This document shows positions 23,976 through 36,922 of a stretch of DNA of 64,000 nucleotides, one piece after another. The DNA is from Lytechinus pictus (lineage: Eukaryota): assembly GCF_037042905.1 (NCBI RefSeq), contig NC_087245.1, positions 12,960,001 through 13,024,000 on the forward strand, written 5' to 3'. The translations under genes were made by a program, and so were the position numbers. How positions within the stretch are numbered: position 1 is the first letter of the stretch; each line of letters begins with the position of its first letter. The notes below the pieces were generated by a model. It ran no database searches. It was not told the origin of the DNA and worked only from the letters and a program-made list of their open reading frames with translations.

Positions 23976-26900
23976 CGCATGTGGGCAATATGTGGCATTT
24001 AGGCTTATCAAGGGGTTTATATTTCCCTTCCTAGTTTAAATCTCTCTTTTTTGTGATTGTAGGCCAGTGTACTGTTCTTTGCCTCTGTTTCTAAATTGTA
24101 CTCGAAATATTTTCATACTTTGGTATCCAGTAGTTATCTCTATCCCTTAAATCTCTTTTAAGGTTGAATTCCTTTATATGGATAATTATTCTTTGAGGCA
24201 GAAAAATAGAATGTTTTTGAGGGTTGCTTACTTAAAGAAAAAAAATCTGTACTGCATTCATATCAACTGTCCTATGGAAAAAAATCAAATGGATTCATGT
24301 CAGCACAATGGTGAAAACTATTTTGAAATACATATGCTTAATTTAAAAGTATTCTATGTTGTTGAGGTGCCAGGGTATTTTGTTAGGGGACAAAAAAAAA
24401 TTAAAGGGAATTTCAATATAATCTTAGATAAAAACACCCCATAAATATGGGTTCTTATACAACATTCAACTATTTCAGCCATTGGACATTGTCTAATACT
24501 TGTTGATATCATTTTAAATAGTGAATTCAGGCTCTGGCTATTTATTTTCAGGCCATAGTTTTAGCATTTTTGTGTACAAAATATTGTATTCTAGGTGATT
24601 TTCAGGCCCTCTGTTCAATTTAAACTGGCATCCCTAAGTGATTGATGGAAGCCCCTCATTCATTATTGGATCCAAAGGTGCTTAATTTACTCCACTTTTT
24701 TTCAAAGACTAGTACATGAGTCTTTTGTACAGCAGCTATATACATAGGACTACATAGAACATAGTTGAGAGCTTTTTTCCTTTGACTGAAAATGCTAGCA
24801 TTTTGGTTAGCATTTTGGTTTGGCTAACATTTTGGTTAGCAAAATTATTCCCTGGGTTAAATGGAGAAAAAATAGAATTCCATCTGAAAGATCCATTATA
24901 CCACCCTCTATCCAGTGGATAATGAAATGCAAAACATATATATATAACAATGAAATCATATTGAATAATAATGGTAATACATTTGTTTTGAGATATTATT
25001 TTAAATAAGTTTGGATTAATCTTTACTTAGGGAACACCCATTTCACTTAAAAAAAGAATAATTTGTCAGATTTTATACCATCAACTTCGGAGTCAGATTT
25101 AAAAAAAAAAAATGATTTTTTTTTTTTAAATCCAAAGGAGCTAATAATGAAGAAGGAAAAGAAAATATATTTCCAAGAATGACTAGTTATTGTTATTAGC
25201 GGTTATTGATTTCATAAGTACATTATTTATATTCAGCATAGAATTAACAATGAATAGTGATGGCAATTATAATGGAAATGTACAAATTATGTCATCTCAC
25301 AAGAAGGAGGCAATTTTCCCTGTGACAAGGTTGACATGCATGGCATTTGAGTTGAATAGATAATAAAAATATAAAAGGGGGATGATAGAAATAATACTTA
25401 ATATACCAAGATAGACCCTACACGCAAGATGAAAAATCTCAAGAATGATACAAATTATACATAATCATTTTTTAAAGAAATCCTTGAATGTATCAAATGA
25501 TGCACTTGATTTTATTTCACCAAGTATTTCCATATTTTAGGACCCTTAACCCCAATTCTCCTTGGGGTCATGGTCGTTTAAAGATCATTTACAGCAAAAT
25601 CATATTTTTTGGCAAATATAAGTGATATCTACAAAGTCAATGCAAAATATGTTTTCAGCTCAAATTTGTAAAGGTGTCATTGAAATTTTATTGACAATAA
25701 ACATTAATTTGATACTATTTATGGCTGAAATAATGTCACCAACAGAGTTTGTCAAAAAATTAATTAAGAGAAAGAAAACAAAGAATTACATAAGAAATCT
25801 GTTTTGGTGCTGGAAATTTTTGTTATTTATAATTTTTAGGAATGTTTTAACCTTTTTAACAAATGAAATATTTACTTCTCGAACCTGCACTAGACTGATT
25901 ATCAAATTTTGAAGTGATTTTTATGATTTCAATGATGTGATGGAATTAAAAATTGCAGTAGAAATATTTTTGTATTGTACATAACTATCACCAAAGGTAT
26001 ATTTTTATTTAATGAAGAACCAATCTCAAATATTTATAAAATATTTATTTTCTGAATCCTAGTAATAATTACATGATGAACATTAAAATTTTCAACAATT
26101 TGTTTTTCCCCAAATAAGCCCATGATTTTCCTGATCCTCTTTGATTTTGCCCCACCTCTTATTATCCTTTGGCTCTCTTCGTATTGGACCTCTGGTCCAT
26201 ATGGATTCACACTTCCCTCATGTACCTGTGGGTTACCAGGCTAAACACCTTTCTCTTTTCTTCTACTCCTTCAGGGCAATCTCTGGCAGTCCATGTGAAG
26301 ATGATGCAGAAGGTATTCTGTTTTTGAGGTCATCAATTCCTATCCTGGATCCTGCTTTTCACCTGGACTGAGGACCCAGGCATCAGGTTTCGACACTGGA
26401 TGGATGAGAAGCAAATTTCATTGGATTAGGGTGGTAAGAAAGTCATGTTTTAAAGCATTTGCCAGTAGTTTTTTCTTTCTTTAGGGTTGGCCAAAAAATG
26501 TAAAATACACCTTTTTAATGTCATGAATTCAAAGGTTTATCATGGCAATATTTGGCAAGGCTGTACCTTAGAAAATTATCCAAATGGTATTCTACATACT
26601 TTGAATAGGATATACAGGCTTTGTAAGTCTAAAATTTATCGCGTATGTATTCACTTCCTGAAATCGTTACCGTGTCCCTTTCTTGCTCATCAATCCCAAA
26701 GAACCATACAAAACAACAATTTTACATCAATGATCAGGGAGTGGCCTGCCAGAAAGACCGAGCCGGCTTTTATTACCAAAGTCTTCCTGCCATATTGCTA
26801 CAATTTCAGATTAACAATAAATATTATCATTTGAAAACTTGAGACAATCAAAATTATCTAATAATGCGATCAAATTATCAATTGATATTATTTTTCATAT

Positions 26901-27272
26901 CTATAATAAGATAAATTTTGATCTGTTCTATAAACGTTATGGAACTTTTTCCTTAAGTTCCAGACCGATTTCCTAGGTTGAAAAGACCAGAGATAAACTG
27001 TATAAGGAAAATGCTCTGGAAAAACCTAATAGAAAATCGCCTTAAAAGAATTCTGGTCAAAAAATGAACTGAATTGATTTATGAACAACAATTCTAACCG
27101 TTCTAAATTTTTTTTTATTAAAAGATTTAGGTGTTGTAAGAAGATCTGACATTCCTTTCTCCTCAAGCACAATAAACTTCCACCTGCATAAAATATTCAA
27201 ACCTTCCCGCTTCCGCGGGCTCGTGGCCACTCGCCACAAAACCTGTTATGTAATCATTCATGAATGTGCATT

Positions 27273-29300
27273 CTAGTATACATTCTCGTCAATACACCAA
27301 TCATCACTATCTCCCTTTCTTCCCAAGCCATCTGCTATGTGGTTAATCTCCCTTATCCATATTGGCTGGATACTTATATTACTTGATTTACATTTATCAT
27401 ATATACTGATAACTTGCGAATGTAAATCATTCTTCTTGCTCCCCCTTTTCAACATGGTTACAACATTTCTGTTATCAGTGTTCAACTGAACACTCTGCCC
27501 AGTCATTTCCTTTTCAAAAGAAAACAATGTTCTTTTCATAGCTTCCAATTCTCTCCAAGTGGAGCTTTTGATTGACTCACTCTTTGACCAACTTCCCGTA
27601 ACCACCAGTTCCTCCAACTCGGCTACAAAACCACCGAAACTGGTTTCTGATGCATCTATAAACATAGTATAAGTACAATTCGGTATTTGCATATTTTCAA
27701 ACCATTCAAGCTATCAACATTATGTAACCAAAAATTGATCTCTTTTGTCTCGCTTCCAACCTTAATTGGTGCTTGCCAACTGGCTCTCGTATTCAGACTT
27801 TTGTATATTTCTCTTGTCCGTATTTGAACTATCTGACCCATTTCAGTATACATTGAACTAATCTGACTGGCAATTTTTGCCAACTCTTTCTCATGCCCCA
27901 TATCGTTGTTCTGCTGCAATTTATCAAGCAAATTTCTCAACGATCCCTTCAGAATTTCTACTCTCCTCTAAGTGATATACACCTTGCTTTCAGATGTGAC
28001 CCAATTTAGTCCCAGCCACATTTGGTATTTTCTTGGATACCAATTACATTTCTCTTCATCAATGAGAAAGCCAAGTTGCATTAAATCTTCCCTGACCTGT
28101 TTGCTCAATTGTTGGGCAAGAATTTTATCTTTGCAAATAGCCAATCCATCATCCAAATACATGACATGACTTGTGTCCTTGTGATCTCCACCCGGGGGGG
28201 CCACTTCCATTGATGAGTGGATACCATGCGCGACCATGGGGTCTCGAAAAGCACCCTAAACACGTATTTTCCATATTCTGAAAATGCACCCCTTAACAAG
28301 TATTGGCGTCTGAAACCCTACCCTTAACAAGTATTGGAAACAAAACGACACTCTTGGCAAGTATTCCCTGAAATGAACCCCTAAACAAGTACAGCGATAA
28401 TTGTTATGTCACGGGTCCGTTGGTCGTCGGTTTTACCTTTACACACCATTTGGTGCACGGCCCCGGCCCCACCTTCCACACCTCGCGCAAATCGGACTCT
28501 AAACACGTAGTGTTGGGGCAAAAAGGACATCCTTTATAAAACATTTTAATTTTGTTTCATCATCCCCGCAAATTTGACCCTAAACACGTAACTTTCCTAG
28601 CGAAATAGATACCCTTTTTCCATTATTTTTGTGTTTTTGACTCCCTTATCACGTTACGTACGTAACGTGCCCTATCTTGAAAAAGACATCCTTTTTATGT
28701 GTTTTTGGGGTCGCGCATGGTATCCACTCGTCAATGTAAGTGGCCCCCCCGGGGATCTCCAGTGGGAAATCAAAGGTCTAGTTAACTTTGTGAAAATACA
28801 TCAGGCCGTGGAAACACCGAATGGTAGAACATTGAAAACGAAATACCTTTTTTTGTCTTCATAATCCCAAGCAAATCCTATTAGGTTTAGGTTCTGGAAA
28901 AATCTCAACATGGTGATAAGCAGATTTGAGATCAAATGTGAACAAAAATGCGTCCTCTTCTATCATGTCTTTGGCTATGCTTTCACCTTCATATTGGATT
29001 TTTTGCTTGAAAAGATGCGGATTGATATTTCAACAATCAAGAACTAACCTCAGCTTTTCTTTGAGTTTCTCAAAGACCTCAGATACACAACCCCTCTCTA
29101 TAAGATTATCTATTTCTTTTTCCACGAATCCTTTATTTCAAATAGCCGAACTGTTATTCTTACTCTCGGATCTTTGAGGACATGTTATGAATGGTAACTT
29201 ATAACCCTCAGAAATCACATCCAAAATATAATGACAAGTTCCAATTTCTTTCCACTTTTCTTTTGCAACTTTTAGCCTTCCAACAGGAGTTTTCAGTTTA
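27273..29300 (-). pseudogene. DIRS-type retrotransposon pol remnant (reverse transcriptase + RNase H), frameshifted and interrupted
   Basis: Minus-strand motifs PVGRLK..W....ILDVISEGYKLPF, FDLKSAYHHVEI, YFVFNVLPFGVSTA and YLDDG. RNase H motifs DASETSFGG, SSTWRELEA, TDNRNV and NHIADGLGR..DSDDW. Contains stops, frameshifts and a MITE insertion. Confidence 0.9.
28191..28753. mobile_element. Non-autonomous TIR element (CCCGGG termini), copy 2, inserted in the DIRS RT
   Basis: Same family as 225-759. 8-bp TSD GATCTCCA at 28183-28190 and 28754-28761. Confidence 0.93.
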
Positions 29301-29408
29301 AAACCCTATTCAGAATTTATCTCGACCTCTGTAACTTTTTTGCCATTTGCAAGTGTACTTTCGTTGTTCTAAAAATTCACATTATCAAACTGAACGTGAA
29401 AATTTGAA

Positions 29409-30136
29409 TTATCTTTTCTTTACTTGCTTCCTTGTTGGCCGGGATGTCACATCTCTGCACTCGAAACTCCAGTGCCCGAACTTCCCACAAGCGAAACAAG
29501 CCCCAGTTCTCCTCTTGAAGTCCCAATGCTCTCCATGAGGTTTGACGCTGGGCCAAGACGAAATAGGGGTTGGCTGCTTCTCGAGACCATACGGGCTAGA
29601 ATGAGGAACCAATTTCTTTCGTGGCGCTTGATTTATCTTTCGCTTTGCCCTGGCCTCCGCCTTCCAAATTTTCTTCTCGTCGTCCGAATCTTGAGTAATA
29701 GAGTTCATTTCGTATTCTGAAACAGTGAGCCAACCGAACAGAGACTGGTCGGCTAGTTTAAATCTTCTGCCTACAGGTGCTAAAATGTCTTTACCTTCTG
29801 AGATTTTTTCTTGCGCAGACGAATTAGCGGCGTTTATCTTGTTTGAGGATGGCTTCAGCGTCCGCGAATTTCTGATAGATCTTAGTGTTTATCTTACATT
29901 ACTCTTCATTGCCCTTCTTTTTTAACTTGAAGGCCATGCTATTTAGCCCTTGCGGAGTGAAAAAATCTCTTTGTAAAAGAGCTAAGTACACTTCCAAAAT
30001 ACATTTTATATGGCATTGTGTTTGTTTCCTTTGCACCAGATTCATTGCCAACCCCTATTACTTTGGTATTGGTATTTTGGTTCTTAAAATTTCTCTGGTG
30101 AGACATATTAAGCGATTTTCTAAATTGCTTCTCCAT
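29409..30136 (-). pseudogene. DIRS-type gag-like ORF remnant with CCHC zinc knuckle
   Basis: KLADQSLFGWLTVSEYE...DSDDEKKIWKAEARA and CFACGKFGHWSFEC (CX2CX4HX4C) lie directly upstream of pol on the same strand. The 5' limit is uncertain. Confidence 0.8.
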
Positions 30137-30619
30137 TCAGCCGTGTACCTTTTGTACATGGTGCCTATGTGAGATCTTTGTCAACCCGTTGCCTTTCCAC
30201 GCTCTCTCTTGCATGATCCGGTTTTGTTCGACGCCCTGACGTGATTTATTCCCGTCTTTTGTTACGTGAATAAATCACTGAATATTTTCACCTTAGCTTC
30301 ACAGCGGAAGTTTCAGGTTGTAACTTTTGTTCTGTTTAGGTTTGAAACCTGAATTCTTTCTCCAGCTTTCCTTATAAGTTTTCAGCCAGTCTTGATTTCT
30401 TTTTACTTAGCTCCCTTTTATAGGTTTAAGCTTGGTTTCACTCCTCTCTTTTATTCTTTATTTTTTATTCTGGCTTGATGGATTATTTATTAATGTAATT
30501 CTTCTTACTTCTCTTGTACTTGGTTAATTAATGCCAAGTTAGATATTTAATCCTTGTCTTCCTTATTGAGTAGTTGATTATTCCGGTGTTAATTGATTAT
30601 CTAAAACAAAACAAAATGA

Positions 30620-33600
30620 ATATAATTTATCCATGGGTAACGCACGTGCCAATTGTCGTTGCGATCGATGATCAACGGCCTAGTCTCAATCCCCTGTCTT
30701 TTTAGACGTCGAAATAGCCTATTCAGGATTAATGAAGCTATGCTGACCATTGTCGGCATGCTCTGGATGTAATTGTCCACTCTGCCAGTTCTGGTGTCAC
30801 TTTAGTCTTAAAAGTTGCAGGAGACATGACGTAGGAAGGCTCATCCTAAGCTCAAGTCATTCATAGCAAGCAGTCCCCTCCCATTATATAATGGTAATTT
30901 CTAGCCAAGATAGGCTCCCCACATTCCATTTATGTTGGATGCCGTTTTTTGTCAAGCTCCTAACCTGCCAATGTCATGCTTGTCTCACTATAAGCGAAAT
31001 ATATTTTTACCTACCATACCTTCATTGCCTCCTCTCGCTACAAAAAAGAAGATGATATGAGCTACCTCCCCCGTTCTGCAGTGAGCCCATTTTCTCCACA
31101 GACAAATACATGTCAGCTCACCTTGGCTCTTAAACCTGCATCATTACAGCACTAGTCAATTTCCATATATTCTGTTCAAGCTCTGATCTTCGGTAGCTTC
31201 AACCCCATTCTGAACCCACAACTAAGTATCTCATCAGGTCAAGATCCTTTGTCTCTCGTGGACTGCTGCCTGCTTGGGTTCACATCTCATTCTCATGCTG
31301 GCCCTGTTTGTGTGAGGAGGACATAGATGCCTTTTCATCCATTATACATCTCTCCCCTTTTGACTGAGCTGGAGCCAGGGAGAGGGAACACTACTCCGGC
31401 AAGGTCTTTGCCATGCAGGTATGCTCTCATTTCGCAAGGTCTTGTGCTGAGGTCAGATGAACCTCTTGTATTCGACTCCGATAATTGGTTTCTAGTGATT
31501 TTATACTGACATTTTACATGGAGATCTCTCAGAGTCTTACACTCAGGGTTTGAGCACTATCTCTTCTCTGTGATGAAATAACTGGATGCAAACAGGTGAA
31601 TGATATCTTTGTCTATCCTAATTACGACTGTCTTCTGCTAGCCAGCTCGAAACTGCTTTGCACAAGATCTAGGAGAGTAAAATCGCTATCACTGCTTATT
31701 CTGAGTGATTTGTCATGACCCTGGTTTCCTAGCATTAGTCCTGACAGCATCTGTCCCTGTGTGAGACATCAGTGAGAGGTCACATCACTGACTGGATCTC
31801 ATACACTTAACCACCATCTTTTGATTTCTGCATGAGTAGTTTGAGCTCATGTTATCACAATAGAAAGAGAATGTTTACTTACTCATGCCTCTAAGGTGAA
31901 CCCTTTACTCCTATTCAGAGCAATCAGCAGAAAAAGCCAGTTACACTGATAAGTGACTCTTATCTTGGTTTTTAGGGACATTTTTGCCCGCTATTCCCTC
32001 TTATTTACCATCGTTGGCTTTTGGCCCCCCCCCCCCCCCCCAACCCAAGTGCTCTTGTGATTGTTGTCTGGATAGAGTTCCTATCTTTCTCATGGATGAA
32101 CAATTACCCACTAACCATTTATTGGTCACCACTGCATCAGGACTTTTCTCCTTGCAAAATGCCTCTTCCCTGGCCATTTTCATGGGACTTTATGTGACTT
32201 TTTAATAACCAAGAATCAGGCGATCACTGTTTGGCGAATGAGTTTGCATCAGTCCCTTTGCAATTCCTTATTCCATGTTAGAAAAGCCAGCCTAGGTTGG
32301 TATTCCATTTTAGAAAAGCCAGCCTAGGTTGGTTGCCTGTTTTTGGTGCTTATGTGGTTTTGGTAAAGGTGCAAGAATCCCGCCGGGACTATCAGCTTTC
32401 ACCTCTCCATGTGAATACTTCCTCTTGCTTACTACATTTTATATCTATAATAGGTGTTTTTGCTTTAGGCCCTTCTGGTGAATAAAAATTACTTTTTTCT
32501 TCCCACAAGTCAATGGCCTTCACTGCCAGCTCTCATGAGCTCCTTTATAGGACATGCCACCTGAGAATGTATGTGCTTGCTGGTCTAGCATAACGGGCAG
32601 ATACATAGAGTTATTGATGTATTTAAGAATAATCATACCTGATTTGGTTACTTACAAGATAATTTAATGTATCTACCAGTGTCTCTCCTTTACTGATAAG
32701 TGACTCTTATCTTGGTTTTTAGGGATGTTTTGCCCGCTATTCCCTCTTACCTACCATCGTTTGCTATTGGCTCCCCCCCCCCCATGACCCAACTGCTCTT
32801 GTAATTGTTGTCTTGATAGAGTTCATATCTTTCTCATGGATGAACAATTACCCACTATCTTGCTTGCCCCGCCTTTTTTATCAGACCCTTTCTTTACAGC
32901 CTTGGTCATGCCGAAATTGACGTAAGGCTATATCGTTCGACTATCCAGATAGTTCAGGTGCATCCCACTTCTGTCTTCTTGCCTGCCGAGATTGATTTAC
33001 TTTAAACAACGAGCCTGTCCTCAGCTAGCTTTCTCCTGAAGCTTCTTTTAGGCCCCCTGAGAGCTAGGGAAACGGCCCTTCATGTGTTTCTTAACACTTA
33101 ACTGTTTATTGGTCACCACTGCATCAGGACTTTTCTCCTTGCAATTTGCCTCTTCCCTGGCCATTTTCATGGGATCAGGCGATCACTGTTGGGCGAATGA
33201 GTTTGCATCACTGTCCCTTTGCAATTCCTTATTCCATGTTAGAAAAGCCATCGTAGGTTGGTTGTCTGTTTTTGGTGCTTATGTGATTTTTGGTAAAGGT
33301 GTAAGAATCCCGCTGGGACTATCAACTTTCACCTCTCCATCTGAATACTTCCTCTTGATTACTACATTTTATATCTATAATAGATGTTTTTGCTTTAGGC
33401 CCTTCTGGTGAAGAATAATTACTTTTTTCTACCCACAAGTCATTGGCCTTCACTGCCAGTTCTCATGAGCTGCTTACTTTATAGGACATGCCACCTGAGA
33501 CTGTATGTGCTTGCTGGTCTAGCATAACGGGCAGATACATAGAGTTATTGATGTATGTAAGAATAATCATACCTGATTTGGTTACTTACAAGATAATTTA

Positions 33601-36600
33601 ATGTATCTACCAGTGTCTCTCCTTTACTGATAAGTGACTCTTATCTTTGTTTTTAGGGATGTTTTGCCCACTATTCCCTCTTACCTACCATCGTTTGCTA
33701 TTGGCTCCCCCCCCCCATGACCCAACTGCTCTTGTGATTGTTGTCTTGATAGAGTTCCTATCTTTCTCATGGATGAACAATTACCCACTATCTTGCTTGC
33801 CCCGTCCTTTTTGATCAGACCCTTTCTTTACAGCCTTGGTCATGCCGAGATGGACATGTTTCTTTGTGTTTCTCAGGTCCCGATGCTTTTTGGAGAACTT
33901 TGGCTCGTTCTTCCAGTACTTCTGCCCTAGGCAAATCAGGAGTGGTTTCCAGCTATTTATCACAGTTTTGAGGATGAAGGACTCTATTTTGGGCTCCTTC
34001 CCTTTACTCAGCATTTAGTGATGTATACAATTTGGTGTCTCCTAGGTAGCATGCTATTAATGGGACACTGTCTTTCTCCCTGTTCGTTCCCCTCTGTTCC
34101 CAAACACCCTTGGCTTCTAACCCAATACACCCAAGTGACGACACCACTTCATCTCTGCCAGGCTAATGTTCTCTGTAATGGCCTATGTTATCTTGTTCTT
34201 AGCCCTCTTCTTTTGAGACCAGAGCCTTACTCCTAGGTCAGATCGTGTAGTTTTGGTAAGCAAGACTGGTTTCTCTATTCTTGTTTTTTTATTAGAAAGG
34301 GATCCTCAACCTCTCATTCTATGACTGGACTCTGTATTCCAGCCTCTTGTAGGAATCCTTCATCCTTGGGCAGCGGTGCTTCTCTTGACCGTTTGATCAC
34401 TTTAAGATAGTTGCAAGCTTTTGTTTCTTGGAGTGTACATGTACTTCTCAGTTCTTAGCCTTGGAATGTAAGTAGTCTGTCAGATCTCCTTTCCAGACAA
34501 GGACATGTAGTCATTACAGTTTTTAATAGTGAATGGGATGTCTTTATCTGTCTTTGTTATCAGGTTTTGTAGCTCTCACTAGGCTCTTTTATGATATATC
34601 GTAAGGCTATCCAGATAGTTCAGGGGCATCCTACTTCTATCTTCTACTTGCCTGCGGGATTGATTTACTTTAAACAACCCGCCTTCCCTTAGCTAGCTTT
34701 CTCCTGAAGCCCCTTTTAGGCCCCCTGAGAGCTAGGAAAACGGCCCTTCATGCTTCTGTGTTTCTTAACGCTTAACCATTTTTTGGTCACCTCTGCATCA
34801 TGACTTTTTTCCTTGCAATTAGCCTCTTCCCTGGCCATTTTCATGGGAATTTATGTGACCTTTTTAATAACCAAGTATCAGGCGATCACTGTTGGGCGAA
34901 TGAGTTTGCGTCACAGTCCCTTTGCAATTGCTTATTCCATGTTAGAAAAGCCAGCCTAGGTTGGTTGCCTGTTCTTGGTGCTTATGTGGTGTTTGGTAAA
35001 GGTGTAAGAATCCCGCTGGAACTATCAACTTTCACCTCTCCATGTGAATACTTCCTCTTGCTTACTACATTTTATATCTATAATAGGTGTTTTTGCTTTA
35101 GGCCCTTCTGGTGAAGAAAAATTACTTTTTTCTTCCCACAGGTCATTGGCCTTCACTGCCAGCTCTCATGAGCTCCTTATTTTATAGGACATGCCGCCTG
35201 AGACTATACATGTGCTTGCGGGCAGATAGAGTTATTGATGTATGTAAGAATAATCATACCTGATTTGGTTACTTACAAGACAATTTAATGTATCTCCCAG
35301 TGTCTCTCCTATACTGATAAGTGACTCTTATCTTGGTTTTTAGGGACGTTTTGCCAGCTATTCCCTCGTACCTACCATCGTTGGCTTTTGGCTCCCCCCC
35401 CCCGACTTAACTGCTCTTGTGATTGTTGTCTTAATAGAGTTCATATCTTTCTCATGGATGAACAATTACCCACTATCTTGCTTGCCCCGCCTTTTTTATC
35501 AGACCCTTTCTTTACAGCCTTGGTCATGCCGAGATGGACATGTTTCTTTGTGTTTCTCAGGTCCCGATGCTTTTTGGAGAACTTTGGCTCGTTCTTCCAG
35601 TACTTCTGCCCTAGGCAAATCAGGAGTGGTTTCCAGCTATTTATCACAGTTTTGAGGATGAAGGACTCTATTTTGGGCTCCTTCCCTTTACTCAGCATTT
35701 AGTGATGTATACAATTTGGTGTCTCCTAGGTAGCATGCTATTAATGGGACACTGTCTTTCTCCCTGTTCGTTCCCCTCTGTTCCCAAACACCCTTGGCTT
35801 CTAACCCAATACACCCAAGTGACGACACCACTTCATCTCTGCCAGGCTAATGTTCTCTGTAATGGCCTATGTTATCTTGTTCTTAGCCCTCTTCTTTTGA
35901 GACCAGAGCCTTACTCCTAGGTCAGATCGTGTAGTTTTGGTAAGCAAGACTGGTTTCTCTATTCTTGTTTTTTTATTAGAAAGGGATCCTCAACCTCTCA
36001 TTCTATGACTGGACTCTGTATTCCAGCCTCTTGTAGGAATCCTTCATCCTTGGGCAGCGGTGCTTCTCTCGACCGTTTGACCACTTTAAGATAGTTGCAA
36101 GCTTTTGTTTCTTGGAGTGTACATGTACTTCTCAGTTCTTAGCCTTGGAATGTAAGTAGTCTGTCAGATCTCCTTTCCAGACAAGGACATGTAGTCATTA
36201 CAGTTTTTAATAGTGAATGGGATGTTTTTTATCTGTCTTTGTTATCAGGTTTTTGTAGCTCTCACTTGGCTCTTTTATGATATATCTTAAGGCTATCCAG
36301 ATAGTTCAGGGGCATCCTACTTCTATCTTCTTCTTGCCTGCAGGGATTGATTTACTTCAAACAACCCGCCTTTCCTTTGCTAGCTTTCTCCTGAAGCCCC
36401 TTTTAGGCTCCCTGAGAGCTAGCGAAACAGCCCTTCATGCCTCTGTGTTTCTTAACACTTAACCATTTTTGTTCACCACTGCATCAGGACTTTTTTCCTG
36501 GCAATTTGCCTCTTTCCTAGCCATTTTCATGGGAATTTATGTGACCTTTTTAATAGCCAATAATCAGGCGATCACTGTTGGGTGAATGAGTTTGCGTCAC

Positions 36601-36770
36601 AGTCCCTTTGCAATTCTTTATTCCATGTTAGAAAAGCCAGCCTAGGTTGGTTGCCTATTTTTGGTGCTTATGTGGTTTTTGGTAAAGGTGTAAGAATCCC
36701 GCTGGGACTATCAGCTTTCACCTCTACATGTGGATACTTCCTCCTTATTACTACATTTCATCTCTACAAC
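30620..36770 (-). pseudogene. Heavily decayed coding element with remnant motifs suggestive of zinc fingers, a tyrosine recombinase and a SET domain
   Basis: Fragmentary minus-strand peptides across broken frames: ICPLC, S(R/C)RN(R/Q)KMVV, SLMSHT, WLEITII/NGRGLLA..DLSLG, DEPSYVM and RYPWIN. Recognition is by eye only. Confidence 0.35.
31945..36770. repeat. Tandem segmental duplication of four nested-deletion units (~747, 934, 1687, ~1455 bp)
   Basis: The anchor ACTGATAAGTGACTCTTATCTT recurs at 31945, 32692, 33626 and 35313. ORFs at 34018 and 35702 are identical (offset 1684). Confidence 0.92.
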
Positions 36771-36839
36771 CTTTACAGTATGGACTCTGTCCTTGTGATA
36801 ATGTCCCATACCAGTCACTGGATATTCGCTAGGGATAGA

Positions 36840-36922
36840 TTAATAATAATAATAATAATAGGCATTTATATAGCGCCATCTATCTAGAAATGTTCTTTTC
36901 CGAGGCGCGTTGTTATTATTAC
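36840..36922 (-). mobile_element. 3' fragment of the tRNA-SINE family seen at 19531
   Basis: Reverse complement of the 19735-19819 tail (AACAACGCGCCTCGGAA...TAGATAGATGGC.CTATATAAATGCC(ATT)n). Confidence 0.85.

Noticed and set aside
26487..27250. Possible LINE 3' end or the missing DIRS tyrosine recombinase
   Set aside because: Only vague similarity (KVFLPYCYNF, NFHLHKI) with many stops. No diagnostic motif supports a call.
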